From: an uncultured Streptosporangiaceae bacterium
Lineage (GTDB): Bacteria; Actinomycetota; Actinomycetes; Streptosporangiales; Streptosporangiaceae
Length of the DNA stretch: 64,000 bases
Reading direction: 5' to 3'
Assembly: GCA_964581815.1 (NCBI GenBank)
Contig: CAZORE010000010.1
Location: 34,385 to 98,384 of the forward strand
Of the stretch, positions 19,394 to 28,622 are shown piece by piece. A model generated the notes under the pieces. The model searched no databases. It worked only from the letters and a program-made list of their open reading frames with translations, and was not told where the DNA came from. Position 1 is the first letter of the stretch. Every line of letters starts with the position of its first letter. Position numbers and translations under genes: made by a program.

Positions 19394-19864
19394 TCAACCC
19401 TGAGCCTGCGTGGCGTCAGCCAGGCTGTCGGCGTAGCTCGCGGTGAGCTGCTGTGCCCGGTTGAGGAAGTTGTCGATGAGCCGCAGTTGCTCGTCTGTGT
19501 ACGCGGACAGGAGTTCCGCGGTCTGACGGATCAGGCTGCCGAAGACTTCCTGATCCCGGGAGGTGGTGGCCTCGGTGATGGCCACGATCTGACGGCGGCG
19601 GTCGGCGGGGTCGGGTTGACGGCGGGCATATCCGGCGCGCTCCAGGCGATCGATGACCGTGGTTACGCCCCCGGTCGTGAAGCCAATCAACTGAGCCAGG
19701 TCGGATGGCGCCAGCGGCCCCGCTCGTCCCACGATGTCAAGCGCGCGCATGTCCGTGCGGTTGAGGCCGTACCGGCCGGCCGCCACATGATCCAGGCGGT
19801 CGATCTCCGTGCTCAGCGCGCGCAAGCTGGCCACGACCTGACCGGTAAGCTCACGTCGGTTCAT
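19394..19864 (-). CDS. MarR-family regulator
   Basis: GLNRTDMRALD...LAPSDLAQLIGFTTGGVTTVIDRLERAGYARRQPDPADRRR. Confidence 0.92.
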   Translation of the reverse strand: MNRRELTGQVVASLRALSTEIDRLDHVAAGRYGLNRTDMRALDIVGRAGPLAPSDLAQLIGFTTGGVTTVIDRLERAGYARRQPDPADRRRQIVAITEATTSRDQEVFGSLIRQTAELLSAYTDEQLRLIDNFLNRAQQLTASYADSLADATQAQG

Positions 19865-19874
19865 AGCTTGCCAA

Positions 19875-19903
19875 TCTAGTAATCATTAATGTAAGTTACT
19901 AGA
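19875..19903. promoter_or_regulatory. Probable MarR operator TCTAGTAA-N13-TTACTAGA
   Basis: Perfect 8-bp arms in the AT-rich divergent intergenic region. Confidence 0.6.
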
Positions 19904-19944
19904 AATTCTAGCAGAAATCTGAAGTCTTGCGAAGGGTGAGAGAC

Positions 19945-20676
19945 ATGACCGACGCATTGGACCGCGGCCCCGCGATGGCCGTGACCGCGACCGGCAGGAG
20001 TGGCCCCGTGATCTCCCGAAGGTGGGTGCTGCTGGCCAGCGCCGCGGGGGCCGTGGGCGCGGTGGGCCTTGGCGCCTCGTTCGGCATACTGCCCAAGCCC
20101 CCGCCACTCAACGGCCCGCTGGCCGTGCTGATTCGCTATGCGGCCGGCCACCAGCACGCCATGATGGCGGCGGCGTGGCTTGAGGGTAGCGGGACGCTGC
20201 TGTACGTGATCTTCGCACTGGCGCTTGTCCACCTGGCCGGCGACCGGGCCGGGCTGGCTGGGCGGGTCGCCACGATGGCATCGGCGGTCGTGGTTGCGGT
20301 GAGCCTGGTCTATGACGTGACGCTGATCGCGATCGCACAGTCGGCCTCGCTCGGCGGGCAGCAGGCGACAACGGCCACGGTCGCCTACGGCCTGTTCGCG
20401 GCTGCGGAGCACGCCTTCCTCCTCGCCCCGCCGCTGCTCCTTCCGCTTGGCCTCATCCTGCTGCGGACTCCGATCCTGCCCCGCCCGTTCGCCGTGCTGG
20501 CCGTCATCCTCGGAGTGACCAGCCCGGTGCTCGGCCTGGTCGGCCTGTTCACCGTCACCGCCAACAACAACGGGCCGGTTGGCGCGGCGATCAATGCGCT
20601 GGTCGCGCTAGACGGCCTTTGGGTCCTTGCTGCCGCCGTGATGCTGCCATTGCGCCATCCGGAGCGGTGTGAGTAA
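19945..20676 (+). CDS. Multi-pass membrane protein (DUF4386-like)
   Basis: Five to six hydrophobic segments; divergent from MarR. ORF open from 19927. Confidence 0.7.
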   Translation: MTDALDRGPAMAVTATGRSGPVISRRWVLLASAAGAVGAVGLGASFGILPKPPPLNGPLAVLIRYAAGHQHAMMAAAWLEGSGTLLYVIFALALVHLAGDRAGLAGRVATMASAVVVAVSLVYDVTLIAIAQSASLGGQQATTATVAYGLFAAAEHAFLLAPPLLLPLGLILLRTPILPRPFAVLAVILGVTSPVLGLVGLFTVTANNNGPVGAAINALVALDGLWVLAAAVMLPLRHPERCE

Positions 20677-20695
20677 CGGAGGGCGCGGGCTGAGG

Positions 20696-20799
20696 AATTG
20701 GCCAGATCGATGAGAAAGTTCGCTGGCCAGATCAGTGAGAAAAGCCGAGGAAGCACAGGTCAGCACCCACCCGGTGGCCAAGTCGGATGAGAACCTACA
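20696..20799. repeat. Distal transposon end: three co-oriented sites plus terminal ACA
   Basis: AATTGGCCAGATCGATGAGA (20696-20715, identical to 12173-12192), CTGGCCAGATCAGTGAGA (20723-20740), TGGCCAAGTCGGATGAGAACCTACA (20775-20799). Confidence 0.85.
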
Positions 20800-20881
20800 G
20801 CCGTGCTCGGACACGCCTCAAGCGACACGACCCACGCCAGAGGGTCTGAGCCCGCCGAGAAGCCGCCAGCTGAGCCGGTCG

Positions 20882-20903
20882 GGCCTCGACGGTTGTCGAG
20901 GCC
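20882..20903 (-). terminator. Hairpin after the MBL gene
   Basis: GGCCTCGAC-GGTT-GTCGAGGCC, 9-bp perfect stem 18 bp past the stop. Confidence 0.55.
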
Positions 20904-20921
20904 GTTCCGTACGGTCGGCGC

Positions 20922-21716
20922 CTATTTCGTGCCGTTGACCATGGCCTGCCGCGCGGCCGCGCGAGGACCGTCGGTAAATGGGTCGCCGTGGCCGGGCAGG
21001 ATCAGCAAGTGCGGCAGCACGGCGATCCGGTCGAGCGAGGCCGCGGCAGCGGCGCTGTCGTGGGTGAAGCCGCGGCAGACCAGGCCCGGGCCGGTGTGGC
21101 CGGTCAGGCCGTCGTGGGTGACCAGGGCGTCGCCGGTGAACAGCAGTCCGCGGTCGGCGAACAGGTAGGCCACGCTGCCGAGGGTGTGGCCGGGCAGCCC
21201 GATCGGTTGGGGACGCCCGGGAACGGTCTGGAGGGGCTGCTCGTCGGTCAGGGTGCTCACGTTCTGGACCTTGGGTGCGTTGAACGCCCCGTGACGGGCC
21301 ATGTGCAGCGGGGTGCGGATCGCGCTAGGCCGGCGCAGCAGGTAGGGCAGCACGGAGCGTTCCGGCTTCGCATGCCGGGTGGCGCTGCGCGGCCCATCAG
21401 CCAGGATCGGCGCGTCGTGCTGGTGAACCCAGATCTCGGCGCCGGCTCCGGCGCGCAGGCGTTCGGCGAGGCCGGTGTGGTCGGGGTGGGCGTGGGTCAG
21501 CAGCACCGCGCGGATGTCGGGCAGGTCCCGTCCGAGGCGGGTGACCGTCTCCTGGAGCTGGCCGAAGTGGCCCGGCAGGCCCGAGTCGACCAGGACGAGG
21601 CCGTCGGGGCATTCGACCAGGTAGAAGTTGACGACCTCGCTGCCGAGTCGGTGGACGCCGAGCGCGGCCAGGTCGGGGGACTGCTGCGGGGCGCTGTTCG
21701 GGATCGTGCTAGACAT
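20922..21716 (-). CDS. Metallo-beta-lactamase-fold hydrolase
   Basis: VLVDSG, LLTHAHPDHTG (HxHxDH), PGHTLG, FTGD, PGHG; AAAGGA RBS before ATG 21716. Confidence 0.9.
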   Translation of the reverse strand: MSSTIPNSAPQQSPDLAALGVHRLGSEVVNFYLVECPDGLVLVDSGLPGHFGQLQETVTRLGRDLPDIRAVLLTHAHPDHTGLAERLRAGAGAEIWVHQHDAPILADGPRSATRHAKPERSVLPYLLRRPSAIRTPLHMARHGAFNAPKVQNVSTLTDEQPLQTVPGRPQPIGLPGHTLGSVAYLFADRGLLFTGDALVTHDGLTGHTGPGLVCRGFTHDSAAAAASLDRIAVLPHLLILPGHGDPFTDGPRAAARQAMVNGTK

Positions 21717-21778
21717 GCTTCCTTTAGGTGGGGTTTTGTGCGGTGAGCACGAGGTTCCGTCGTGCGGGGGGAGCCCGA

Positions 21779-22174
21779 TCATCCGGTGGTGGGCCGTCGG
21801 AGACCCACGGCCGCGCGGCCGGGGGCGCGCTGCATTCGGATGAGTGCGACAGCAGTCAGCAGCGCGAGGACGGCGGGTCCGACAGCGTCGGTGAAGGCGC
21901 CGGCGGAGCCGCGGATGACGGCGTCGACCGCTTGGACCGCGACCAGTGCCGATCCGACCAGCAGCAGGCCGTCGGGGCGCCGGAGGGCGACCACGGCGAT
22001 CAACAGCGCCACGAGGACCGCCGAGCGGTCGCCGGCGAACCAGGAGGTGGTGGAGTGCTGGGAGGCGACGGTGGCTATTCCGAAGCCCATGCTGACCGCC
22101 GCGTTGAGTCCGGCGACGGCTGCCGCGATCCAGAAGTCTCGCCCAGTCCGATGTTCAGTGAGTGCATTGTTCAT
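21779..22174 (-). CDS. Small membrane protein (about 4 TM)
   Basis: Hydrophobic segments; divergent from MarR across only 35 bp. Confidence 0.7.
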   Translation of the reverse strand: MNNALTEHRTGRDFWIAAAVAGLNAAVSMGFGIATVASQHSTTSWFAGDRSAVLVALLIAVVALRRPDGLLLVGSALVAVQAVDAVIRGSAGAFTDAVGPAVLALLTAVALIRMQRAPGRAAVGLRRPTTG

Positions 22175-22186
22175 AGTCTGAACTAT
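22173..22186. promoter_or_regulatory. Possible MarR operator ATAGT-CTGA-ACTAT
   Basis: Inverted repeat overlapping the membrane gene start codon. Confidence 0.45.
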
Positions 22187-22209
22187 ACGCATGAGATACC
22201 GTGCTGTCC

Positions 22210-22656
22210 ATGACCGAACCCGCGACTTCGCACACGTCGCCTCCGCTGGGCCTGATGATTGACAAGATCGCCCGCGTCAGCGGGCAGCGGTTCGCCGAGC
22301 GCATCGCCGATCTCGACATCAGACCGCGCCATGTCGGGCTGCTCAGCGCAGCCGCCCGCCAGGACAAGCCGTCCCAGGCAGACCTCGGCGCCTGGCTGGG
22401 CATCGGACCCAGCGCCGTAGTCGCCGTGGTCGACGAACTCCAAGCCCTCGGCGCGGTCGAGCGCAATCCAGACCCCGCCAACCGGCGCCGCTGGACCATC
22501 ACCTTGACCGACGAAGGCACCCGCCTACTCACCGAGGCCATCCACCGCGCCGAAGAACTCGATCGCGATCTGGTCTCGACGCTGCCCCCGGAACTGGCCC
22601 AGGCGTTCCACGCCGCCACCGTCCAGATCGCCCGCCATCTGGGAATCGCCGGCTGA
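22210..22656 (+). CDS. MarR-family regulator
   Basis: LDIRPRHVGLL...SQADLG..LGIGPSAVVAVVDELQALGAVERNPDPANRRR..ITLTDEG. Confidence 0.9.
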   Translation: MTEPATSHTSPPLGLMIDKIARVSGQRFAERIADLDIRPRHVGLLSAAARQDKPSQADLGAWLGIGPSAVVAVVDELQALGAVERNPDPANRRRWTITLTDEGTRLLTEAIHRAEELDRDLVSTLPPELAQAFHAATVQIARHLGIAG

Positions 22657-23158
22657 CCGACCGGCCTGCTGCTGCCTCGTATCGGCGCAGGTCACCTCGC
22701 GATCGCCGCAGCCTCGGCGATCCGGGTCTCCGAGTGCAGGATCTTCTGGTCCGGCAGGCTGTAGTCCTCAAGCCGGACGACCTGCACTCCAAATCCCGCG
22801 ATGGCGGTCACGTCGCAGCCGTTGGCGCCGACGACGCCGCCGCGAGACTCGCCGTGATCAGCGGCTCAACCACGGCAGCCATCAAAGCCGCGCTCCCCGC
22901 CTTCGGCGAGAAGCGCGGCCGGCCGCTCCGGGTCGCTATCGCATGCCGGCTCTGCACCGCATCCCGCGGCATCCAGCAGCCGGTCCCGGTCCCATCTTCC
23001 CGCTCACCAGCAGCTCTGCATCAGGCACGGAATCTGGCTTCCCGGGCCGGAAACACCGCAGTTCAGCGTCAGGGGCTGTCCCGACATCCTGGATGCCGAA
23101 CGCCGAGCACGCCGGCTCCTCCGCCAGTGCACCACCGAGCAACTCGTCAACTCCCTCG

Positions 23159-23256
23159 GGGATGACGCCAGCCCAGATCGACCCGTCCGCGAACGCGCCA
23201 TGGACGATGAGCACCTTCGGAGTACTCCCATTCCGGAATGCGCCGGACGGGCTCAT
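23159..23256 (-). pseudogene. N-terminal fragment of an alpha/beta hydrolase
   Basis: KVLIVHGAFADGSIWAGVIP; similarity is lost immediately afterwards. Confidence 0.5.
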
Positions 23257-23427
23257 CGCGGGTTTCCTGAAGGCAAAGTAAGCACTTCATGAACGTAGGA
23301 CGCCAGCACGCGGGATCGCTTGAGTCAGGTGACTGCAGGCGGAGTCGCCGCCGCTCACGAATTGACAGGACCCCTGCGTGAGACGCGCACTGGTGCCCGG
23401 CAAGCCGGAGCGGCGGCTGCGGTATTG

Positions 23428-24006
23428 CTACAGCTTGGAGGCGGCGGTCTTGGCGGCGGCGAGGGCCGCGTTTCCCGCACCAGTTCCGCCGGCGAGGACG
23501 GTGACGAGTGTCGTTCCCCTGAGGAACTCGACCCCGGAGAATGCCGTACCTGCGCTGTACTGGAACGCGCTGTCACCGACGCTGGGCACGTCGGCCGCGC
23601 CTTTGGCGTGCGCCTGGGCGTGCGAGGTGTCGTAAAGTGCTTTGCTGTCCGTCTTCATGCTGACGATGAGTGAGCCGTTGTCGTAGATGCACTCCGACAA
23701 CGCTGCGGTCCCGCCCGCCGTGCCGTGGCCGGCCGCCCGGCCGAGCGCGGCGCTCGCGTCCTGTTCGGTGACCAGCCCGCACGCGGTCATGCCGCCGGCG
23801 CCAGGCGGCACAGCGACGGCTGTGCCAGCAGGGGTTGCCGCGGAAGAAGCAGGAGCGGGGTTCGCTCCGGCGGGGACTGCCGCGGAAGAAGTCGCAGCGG
23901 GGTTCGCGCCAGGAGGCGCGGTCGATGTCTTTGCCGCGCCGCAGCTGGCCAGAAGCAGGCAGCCTACGGCGGCGAGCAGGGCTCTGCTCGTGCCAGTTCC
24001 GATCAT
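23428..24006 (-). CDS. Lipoprotein (DUF3558-like)
   Basis: Lipobox LLASC, Ala/Pro linker with duplicated GANPAxxSSAA, ACGLVTEQDA..ALG, C.Y, VGDSAF; AAGGAG RBS. Confidence 0.75.
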   Translation of the reverse strand: MIGTGTSRALLAAVGCLLLASCGAAKTSTAPPGANPAATSSAAVPAGANPAPASSAATPAGTAVAVPPGAGGMTACGLVTEQDASAALGRAAGHGTAGGTAALSECIYDNGSLIVSMKTDSKALYDTSHAQAHAKGAADVPSVGDSAFQYSAGTAFSGVEFLRGTTLVTVLAGGTGAGNAALAAAKTAASKL

Positions 24007-24031
24007 GATGATCTCCTTTGCCGGCCGCGGA

Positions 24032-24487
24032 TCACGGCCATGAGCCGAACGCGAATCGCGTCGGAGTTGATGCGGATGGGCAACCTGCCGCGCTGTCAGC
24101 CGGGCGGTCCTGGCGGGATGACCGGAGTGAACACCACGGTGGTCCCGCTGGTCCGGACGCGACACGGGCCGGACCAGGCGGGAAGGCGAACGGGATCCCG
24201 ATGACCAGGGTGCTCGGGGCGGTCGGGGTGAGCTGCACGGTGACGGCGTTCGCGGCGCTGACCGCGATGGTGACCGGGCCGAGCGGGGTTTTCACCGAGT
24301 TCGTGATGACGCATGTGTCGGTGCCGGGGGCGCAGACGCTGGCGGCGCTGGCTGGCGACGCGGCGAGGACGGTCATTGCGCTGACCGTCAGTCCGGCGGC
24401 CAGCAGGAGCGAGGCGACGCGGCGGCCAGGCCGCTTGCGTGGCCGGATCGCGGGCTCACTGGCCCGTAGGTGCGGGGTGTGCGACAT
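24032..24487 (-). CDS. Secreted protein, possibly frameshifted near 24170
   Basis: Signal-peptide-like N-terminus ending SPASA; another frame continues PCRVRTSGTTVVFTPVIPPGPPG* (stop 24096). Confidence 0.5.
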   Translation of the reverse strand: MSHTPHLRASEPAIRPRKRPGRRVASLLLAAGLTVSAMTVLAASPASAASVCAPGTDTCVITNSVKTPLGPVTIAVSAANAVTVQLTPTAPSTLVIGIPFAFPPGPARVASGPAGPPWCSLRSSRQDRPADSAAGCPSASTPTRFAFGSWP

Positions 24488-24558
24488 GGAGGAACTCCAT
24501 TTCATAAGGACTCCATCCGGCGCTGATCCCGACGGGTGCCGTCAGTGGATCTGGTCCT

Positions 24559-24888
24559 TCAGGGTTCGTCGGGTGCCGGAGTGACCGGATAGAGCTGCAC
24601 CGCGGCCGAGATCCGGTCGAGTGCGAAGCAGGCCTCATCGTTCAGGGCATGGATAGCCTCAGCCGTCGCCGCGCGGAACAGGCAGAAGCAGGTGTCCTCG
24701 GCGGGCAGGTACACGGAGTGCAGGTACTGCACCCTCGAAGTGGAACCGGGCTCGGCGGACAGCGTGCAGAGCTGAGCCGCGCGAGCGACCGACGACGCCA
24801 GGTTCCCGGCTGCCGCCGCCGGGAGGTACCGCTCCACGAGGAACACCGAGCTGGAGCTGTCCGGGTAACGGTGGCGTGGTGTGGTCAT
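24559..24888 (-). CDS. DUF4242/SCO4226-like small protein
   Basis: FLVERYLP...YLHSVYLPAEDTCFCLFRAATAEAI..LN..A...DRISAAV. Confidence 0.7.
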   Translation of the reverse strand: MTTPRHRYPDSSSSVFLVERYLPAAAAGNLASSVARAAQLCTLSAEPGSTSRVQYLHSVYLPAEDTCFCLFRAATAEAIHALNDEACFALDRISAAVQLYPVTPAPDEP

Positions 24889-24957
24889 GCCCGGAACGCT
24901 ACGAGCGCAAGGTGCGGTCTCGCGTCGGGGGAACTACGCAACTTTGGTCCACCGGGA

Positions 24958-27723
24958 TCACGCCGGTGGCCGGGCGGCGAGTTCGGTGCGCGAGCGGATC
25001 CCGAGCTTGCGGTAAATCCGGCCCAGGTGGGTCTCAACGGTGCGGACACTGGTGAACGTAGCTGCCGCGACCTCTCGGTTGGTCTGACCCGCCGCCACCA
25101 GGTCGGCGATCCGCTGCTCGACGGCGGTGAGCTCGTGTTCCAGCCGCCGCCGGCCGCCGATGCTGTCTAGTTCCGTGCGCGCCTGCCGCTCCTGAATGGG
25201 TGTCCCGAGCTTCAGGAACACGGCGCAGGCGGCCTCCAGCTCGCGGCGGGCGTCAGCCCGGTGGCCTGCCCGCCGGAGCGTGCGGCCAAGCAGCAGGCGC
25301 GTCCGGGCCTCCTCGAAGGGCATAGGCAGTCGCTGATGGTCGACGAGAGCGCTCTCGAGCAGCTCGACGGCCGCGGCTCGTTCGCCGTTGGCGGCCTTTA
25401 GCAGGCCGTGACAGCGCGCGGCCATCACCGTCGACCACGGGTGGTGGTTGGCCTCGGTGGCGGTGTCGAGCTGCTGGGTCAGCCGCTCCGCCTCCGCGAG
25501 GCGGCCAAGCGCGATCAGTACCTCGACCGCATCCGGGTGCAACCGGAGTATGGCCGGCTCGTTGATGCCAACCTCCTCGGACGAGATCCGCAATGCGCGA
25601 AGAAAGTGGCTGGCAGCCGCTGGAAGGTCGCCGGCCATCACTTCTGCGGTGCCGAGGCTCCGCAGGTCAAGCGCCACCGCCGACATGAAGCCGACTGACT
25701 CGTCTGCGGCGAGGTCACGCTCGCCCAGCGCGCGCGCTTTTCCGACGTGTCCTCGATAGGCCAGGGCCAGCACATGCACCGAGGCAGGCATGGGAGCGCG
25801 GATGCCCATCCGCTCGGCGTGATTCCTGCCCTCCGTGGCCAGCGCGATGGCGAGGTCGTAGGCACCTGCCCAGCACTCGAGGGCGGCGAGGTGCCCAAGC
25901 GTGATGGGCAGCGCACTGTCATCCCCCTCATCGACCGCGCAGGTTCGCATGATCTGCAGCCAGGCGCGTGACTCCTCGAAGCGGTCGACAACCTTGAGGC
26001 ACATGCCAAGGGCGAGGCCGGCCCGGTCGCTGACCGGGCCCGGCTCGGCCTCCGCCTGCAGGGCCACAGCGCGTTCCAGAGTCGAGACGGCCAGGCCTCG
26101 CCCGAGCCGGAATCGGTGCATGGCCACGTTCGTCAGCGCGTTCGCGAGCAGGCCGCCGGGCGGAGCGGGCATGGTCTCGAGCAGTTCCACCGCTGCCTCG
26201 GCGTGGAACAGGTCGACAGCGGGCCCCGAGGGACTCGTCTCAGCGAACGTCGCGTGGCTGCGGGCTAGCAGCAGCCTGTCCTCGCCCGCCTCGGCGAGTG
26301 CCTGCTCACACCAGCGCGCGACGGTCGCATCTCCGCTCTCCCAGGACGCGATCGACGCGGCCAGCAGTAGTGCGTCTACCCGCGCAGGCCCCGGCGGTGT
26401 CGCGTCGATCGCCCCGGCGAGCAGTTCTCGCGCCGCCGCCGGGTCGCCGAGAAGGAAGAGATATCGTGCCGCGTCAACGGTCCGGCCCAACCGGTCCGGG
26501 TCGCTCGGCGCCGTACGGCTGAGAGCCAGTCGGGCAAGCTCGGCGGCGGCGTCGATGCTGCCACGTCGGCGGGCGTGCCTGGCCGCGGAGTCGAGAGCAG
26601 CCGCAACGGCGGGTGACGGCTCGATCGAGCCCAGTGCGGCGTGCCGGGCCCGCTCCTCCGGATCGGTCACCGTTCTCGCCAGCCGCTCGTGCAGTGCCCG
26701 GCGAGCGGCCAGGCTCAGGTCCCCGTACGGGATCGACGCGATCAACGGATGCGTGAACCGGACCCGCTCACCGTCGACCTCAAGGACACCTGCCGTCACG
26801 GCTTCCTCCAGGCACCGCGCCGCTGCGGCAGCGTCCCCCACCGCGGCTGCCACGGCAGTCACCGTGGGTTGCGCGAGTGCGGCCGTCAGCAGCAACACCT
26901 CGCGCGTCTGCGGTACGAGCCCGCTGAGCCGCTCAGTGACCAGGACCCTGAAGTCGGCCGGCACCGGGAGAGGATCGGACGCCGAGAACTCGGTGCCCCG
27001 GCGCTGCAGCGCACGGGCCATCTCCAGGCACATCATCGGGTTCCCGCCGGTAGCCCGGTGCAGCCGGGTGAGTACCGGCCGGGCGAGCGGCTCGCGCAGC
27101 CGGGTCTGGACGATCCGCTGCATCATGCCGACGCTCACCGGACCTACCACGAGCCGTTCGCCCGGCAGGCCTAGGTCGGGGGCGACATCGCTGGTGGCGT
27201 CCGTGCGGCAGGAAGTGATGAGCCGCACCGGCTCGCGGTCCAGCCGTCGGAGCGCAAAGGACAGAACGCTGCGGGAGCTTATGTCCAGCCACTGGATGTC
27301 GTCGACGGCAAGCAGGAGCGGCCCGGACCGGGCGAGAGCCCGAAGCACCCCGAGGACCGCGACTCCGACGACCCTGCTGCCTGGCTCGCGCTCGCCGTCG
27401 CCGGAGATCAGCAGGGCAGCGGACAGCGCTCGTTGCTGGACAGCCGGCAGAGCCGACAGCTCCGACGGGTCCAGCCCGTCGAAGAGATCACCGAGACCCG
27501 CGAAGGACAAGGCCGCATCCGACTGGCTGCACCGGCAGGTCCGGACCGAGACCCCCGCCGCCGCAGCGTCAAGCAGAGCCTGCGCCCAAATCGCCGTCTT
27601 GCCGATGCCGGCCTCACCCGCAATGGCCAGCGACGCGGGACCGTCGGCGTAGCCGCCTACGAAACGCCGCACGATCGCTAGTTCCGCCTCGCGACCCGCG
27701 ATCGACCCATGGACGGGGTTCAC
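24958..27723 (-). CDS. Large ATP-binding LuxR-family regulator (AAA + TPR-like + HTH)
   Basis: GREAEL, GEAGIGKT, LLLAVDDIQWLD, TGGNP, C-terminal LTAVEQRIADLVAAGQTNREVAA...SVRTVETHLGRIYRKLG. Start uncertain (ORF open to 27825). Confidence 0.92.
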   Translation of the reverse strand: MNPVHGSIAGREAELAIVRRFVGGYADGPASLAIAGEAGIGKTAIWAQALLDAAAAGVSVRTCRCSQSDAALSFAGLGDLFDGLDPSELSALPAVQQRALSAALLISGDGEREPGSRVVGVAVLGVLRALARSGPLLLAVDDIQWLDISSRSVLSFALRRLDREPVRLITSCRTDATSDVAPDLGLPGERLVVGPVSVGMMQRIVQTRLREPLARPVLTRLHRATGGNPMMCLEMARALQRRGTEFSASDPLPVPADFRVLVTERLSGLVPQTREVLLLTAALAQPTVTAVAAAVGDAAAAARCLEEAVTAGVLEVDGERVRFTHPLIASIPYGDLSLAARRALHERLARTVTDPEERARHAALGSIEPSPAVAAALDSAARHARRRGSIDAAAELARLALSRTAPSDPDRLGRTVDAARYLFLLGDPAAARELLAGAIDATPPGPARVDALLLAASIASWESGDATVARWCEQALAEAGEDRLLLARSHATFAETSPSGPAVDLFHAEAAVELLETMPAPPGGLLANALTNVAMHRFRLGRGLAVSTLERAVALQAEAEPGPVSDRAGLALGMCLKVVDRFEESRAWLQIMRTCAVDEGDDSALPITLGHLAALECWAGAYDLAIALATEGRNHAERMGIRAPMPASVHVLALAYRGHVGKARALGERDLAADESVGFMSAVALDLRSLGTAEVMAGDLPAAASHFLRALRISSEEVGINEPAILRLHPDAVEVLIALGRLAEAERLTQQLDTATEANHHPWSTVMAARCHGLLKAANGERAAAVELLESALVDHQRLPMPFEEARTRLLLGRTLRRAGHRADARRELEAACAVFLKLGTPIQERQARTELDSIGGRRRLEHELTAVEQRIADLVAAGQTNREVAAATFTSVRTVETHLGRIYRKLGIRSRTELAARPPA

Positions 27724-27891
27724 GCCAATCGCCTCCGGACCTTGGCGACACGGACCTGCGGTCCAGTGCTCCAAGTGAGACGCTATCCCAACGCCCTGCA
27801 CGTGTCGGTGGCCACGGGTGGACACCGGCCGCGCAGCCGCCGACGGCCGGTCCCCACTCGGGAGAGTGGGGACCGGCCAGGGAACTGCGGG

Positions 27892-28317
27892 CTACATGCG
27901 GCTCGTCTGCCGGCAGCGCACGCTGCCGGATGGGCCGTCGGCCCTGACGGATACCGTGGCGTATCTCACGGACCGGCCGAAATCGATCCCGATTGGGGTA
28001 TCCACGCTCCTGCCGAACCGACTGCCCGAGACGCTGTCCTCGCGGTGTCCGTTGACCATCAGGACGGCGGTGATCCGCAGGAAGTCGGCCGGCTCCCAGC
28101 CGGAACTGCTTCCGCCGTACCTGATCTCGTAGCCGGAGCGGCGGTCGTGCCTGATGGAGAGATAGGCCGTGCAGTCCCCCTGCCGGTCGGCCGGGGCGGC
28201 GGTGGCGGTTTTCGCCATCGCGGTCAGCTCATGCGCGGACGCGGTTCCGGCGCCAGCCGTGGCGGAAAGGATGACAAAAGCCGCGCCCGCGAGCGCGAAT
28301 TTCCGGTGTTGCCTCAC
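27892..28317 (-). CDS. Small secreted protein with two cysteines
   Basis: Signal peptide MRQHRKFALAGAAFVILSATAGAGTASA; GAAAGGA RBS. Confidence 0.7.
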   Translation of the reverse strand: MRQHRKFALAGAAFVILSATAGAGTASAHELTAMAKTATAAPADRQGDCTAYLSIRHDRRSGYEIRYGGSSSGWEPADFLRITAVLMVNGHREDSVSGSRFGRSVDTPIGIDFGRSVRYATVSVRADGPSGSVRCRQTSRM

Positions 28318-28622
28318 GTTCTCGTCCTTTCTGGCGATTATCTCATTGTGACGTCGAGGGTAATTCAGGATAATGCGCGGTAAATATGGACGACTATGCG
28401 AAGCTCCGGACGTATGCCTCTGAACTGCGGAGACGGGCCTGCAAATAGAGCTTCGATAGTCTTAAGAACTGCTTCAGAGGCTAGCACGACCGGTCCCCTC
28501 GGGTAAAACGGTTAGTGCTATTGCAGTAAATTTCTATAGCGTGCCATTTGTGGCAATTTATCAACTTGGGCAGTTTTATTCGATGGCCCGGTTAACGCCG
28601 ATTGGCCCGCTGCTGGCCTGCC

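Larger units (their letters stand above)
12118..20799. mobile_element. Non-autonomous Tn7-like (TniQ/TnsD-encoding) transposon inserted 8 bp after the dnaB stop
   Basis: Ends TGTAGGTTCTCATC...GATGAGAACCTACA (25-bp terminal IR, 22/25, outer 14 perfect); three TGGCCA-N4/5-GATGAGA-like sites per end; TniQ-like pseudogene inside. No tnsA/B/C and no target-site duplication found. Confidence 0.78.

Noticed and set aside
22660-23420. ORFs 22734-23165, 22936-23256 and 22943-23281 as intact genes
   Set aside because: Low-complexity translations; only a short hydrolase fragment is recognisable, so the region looks like debris.
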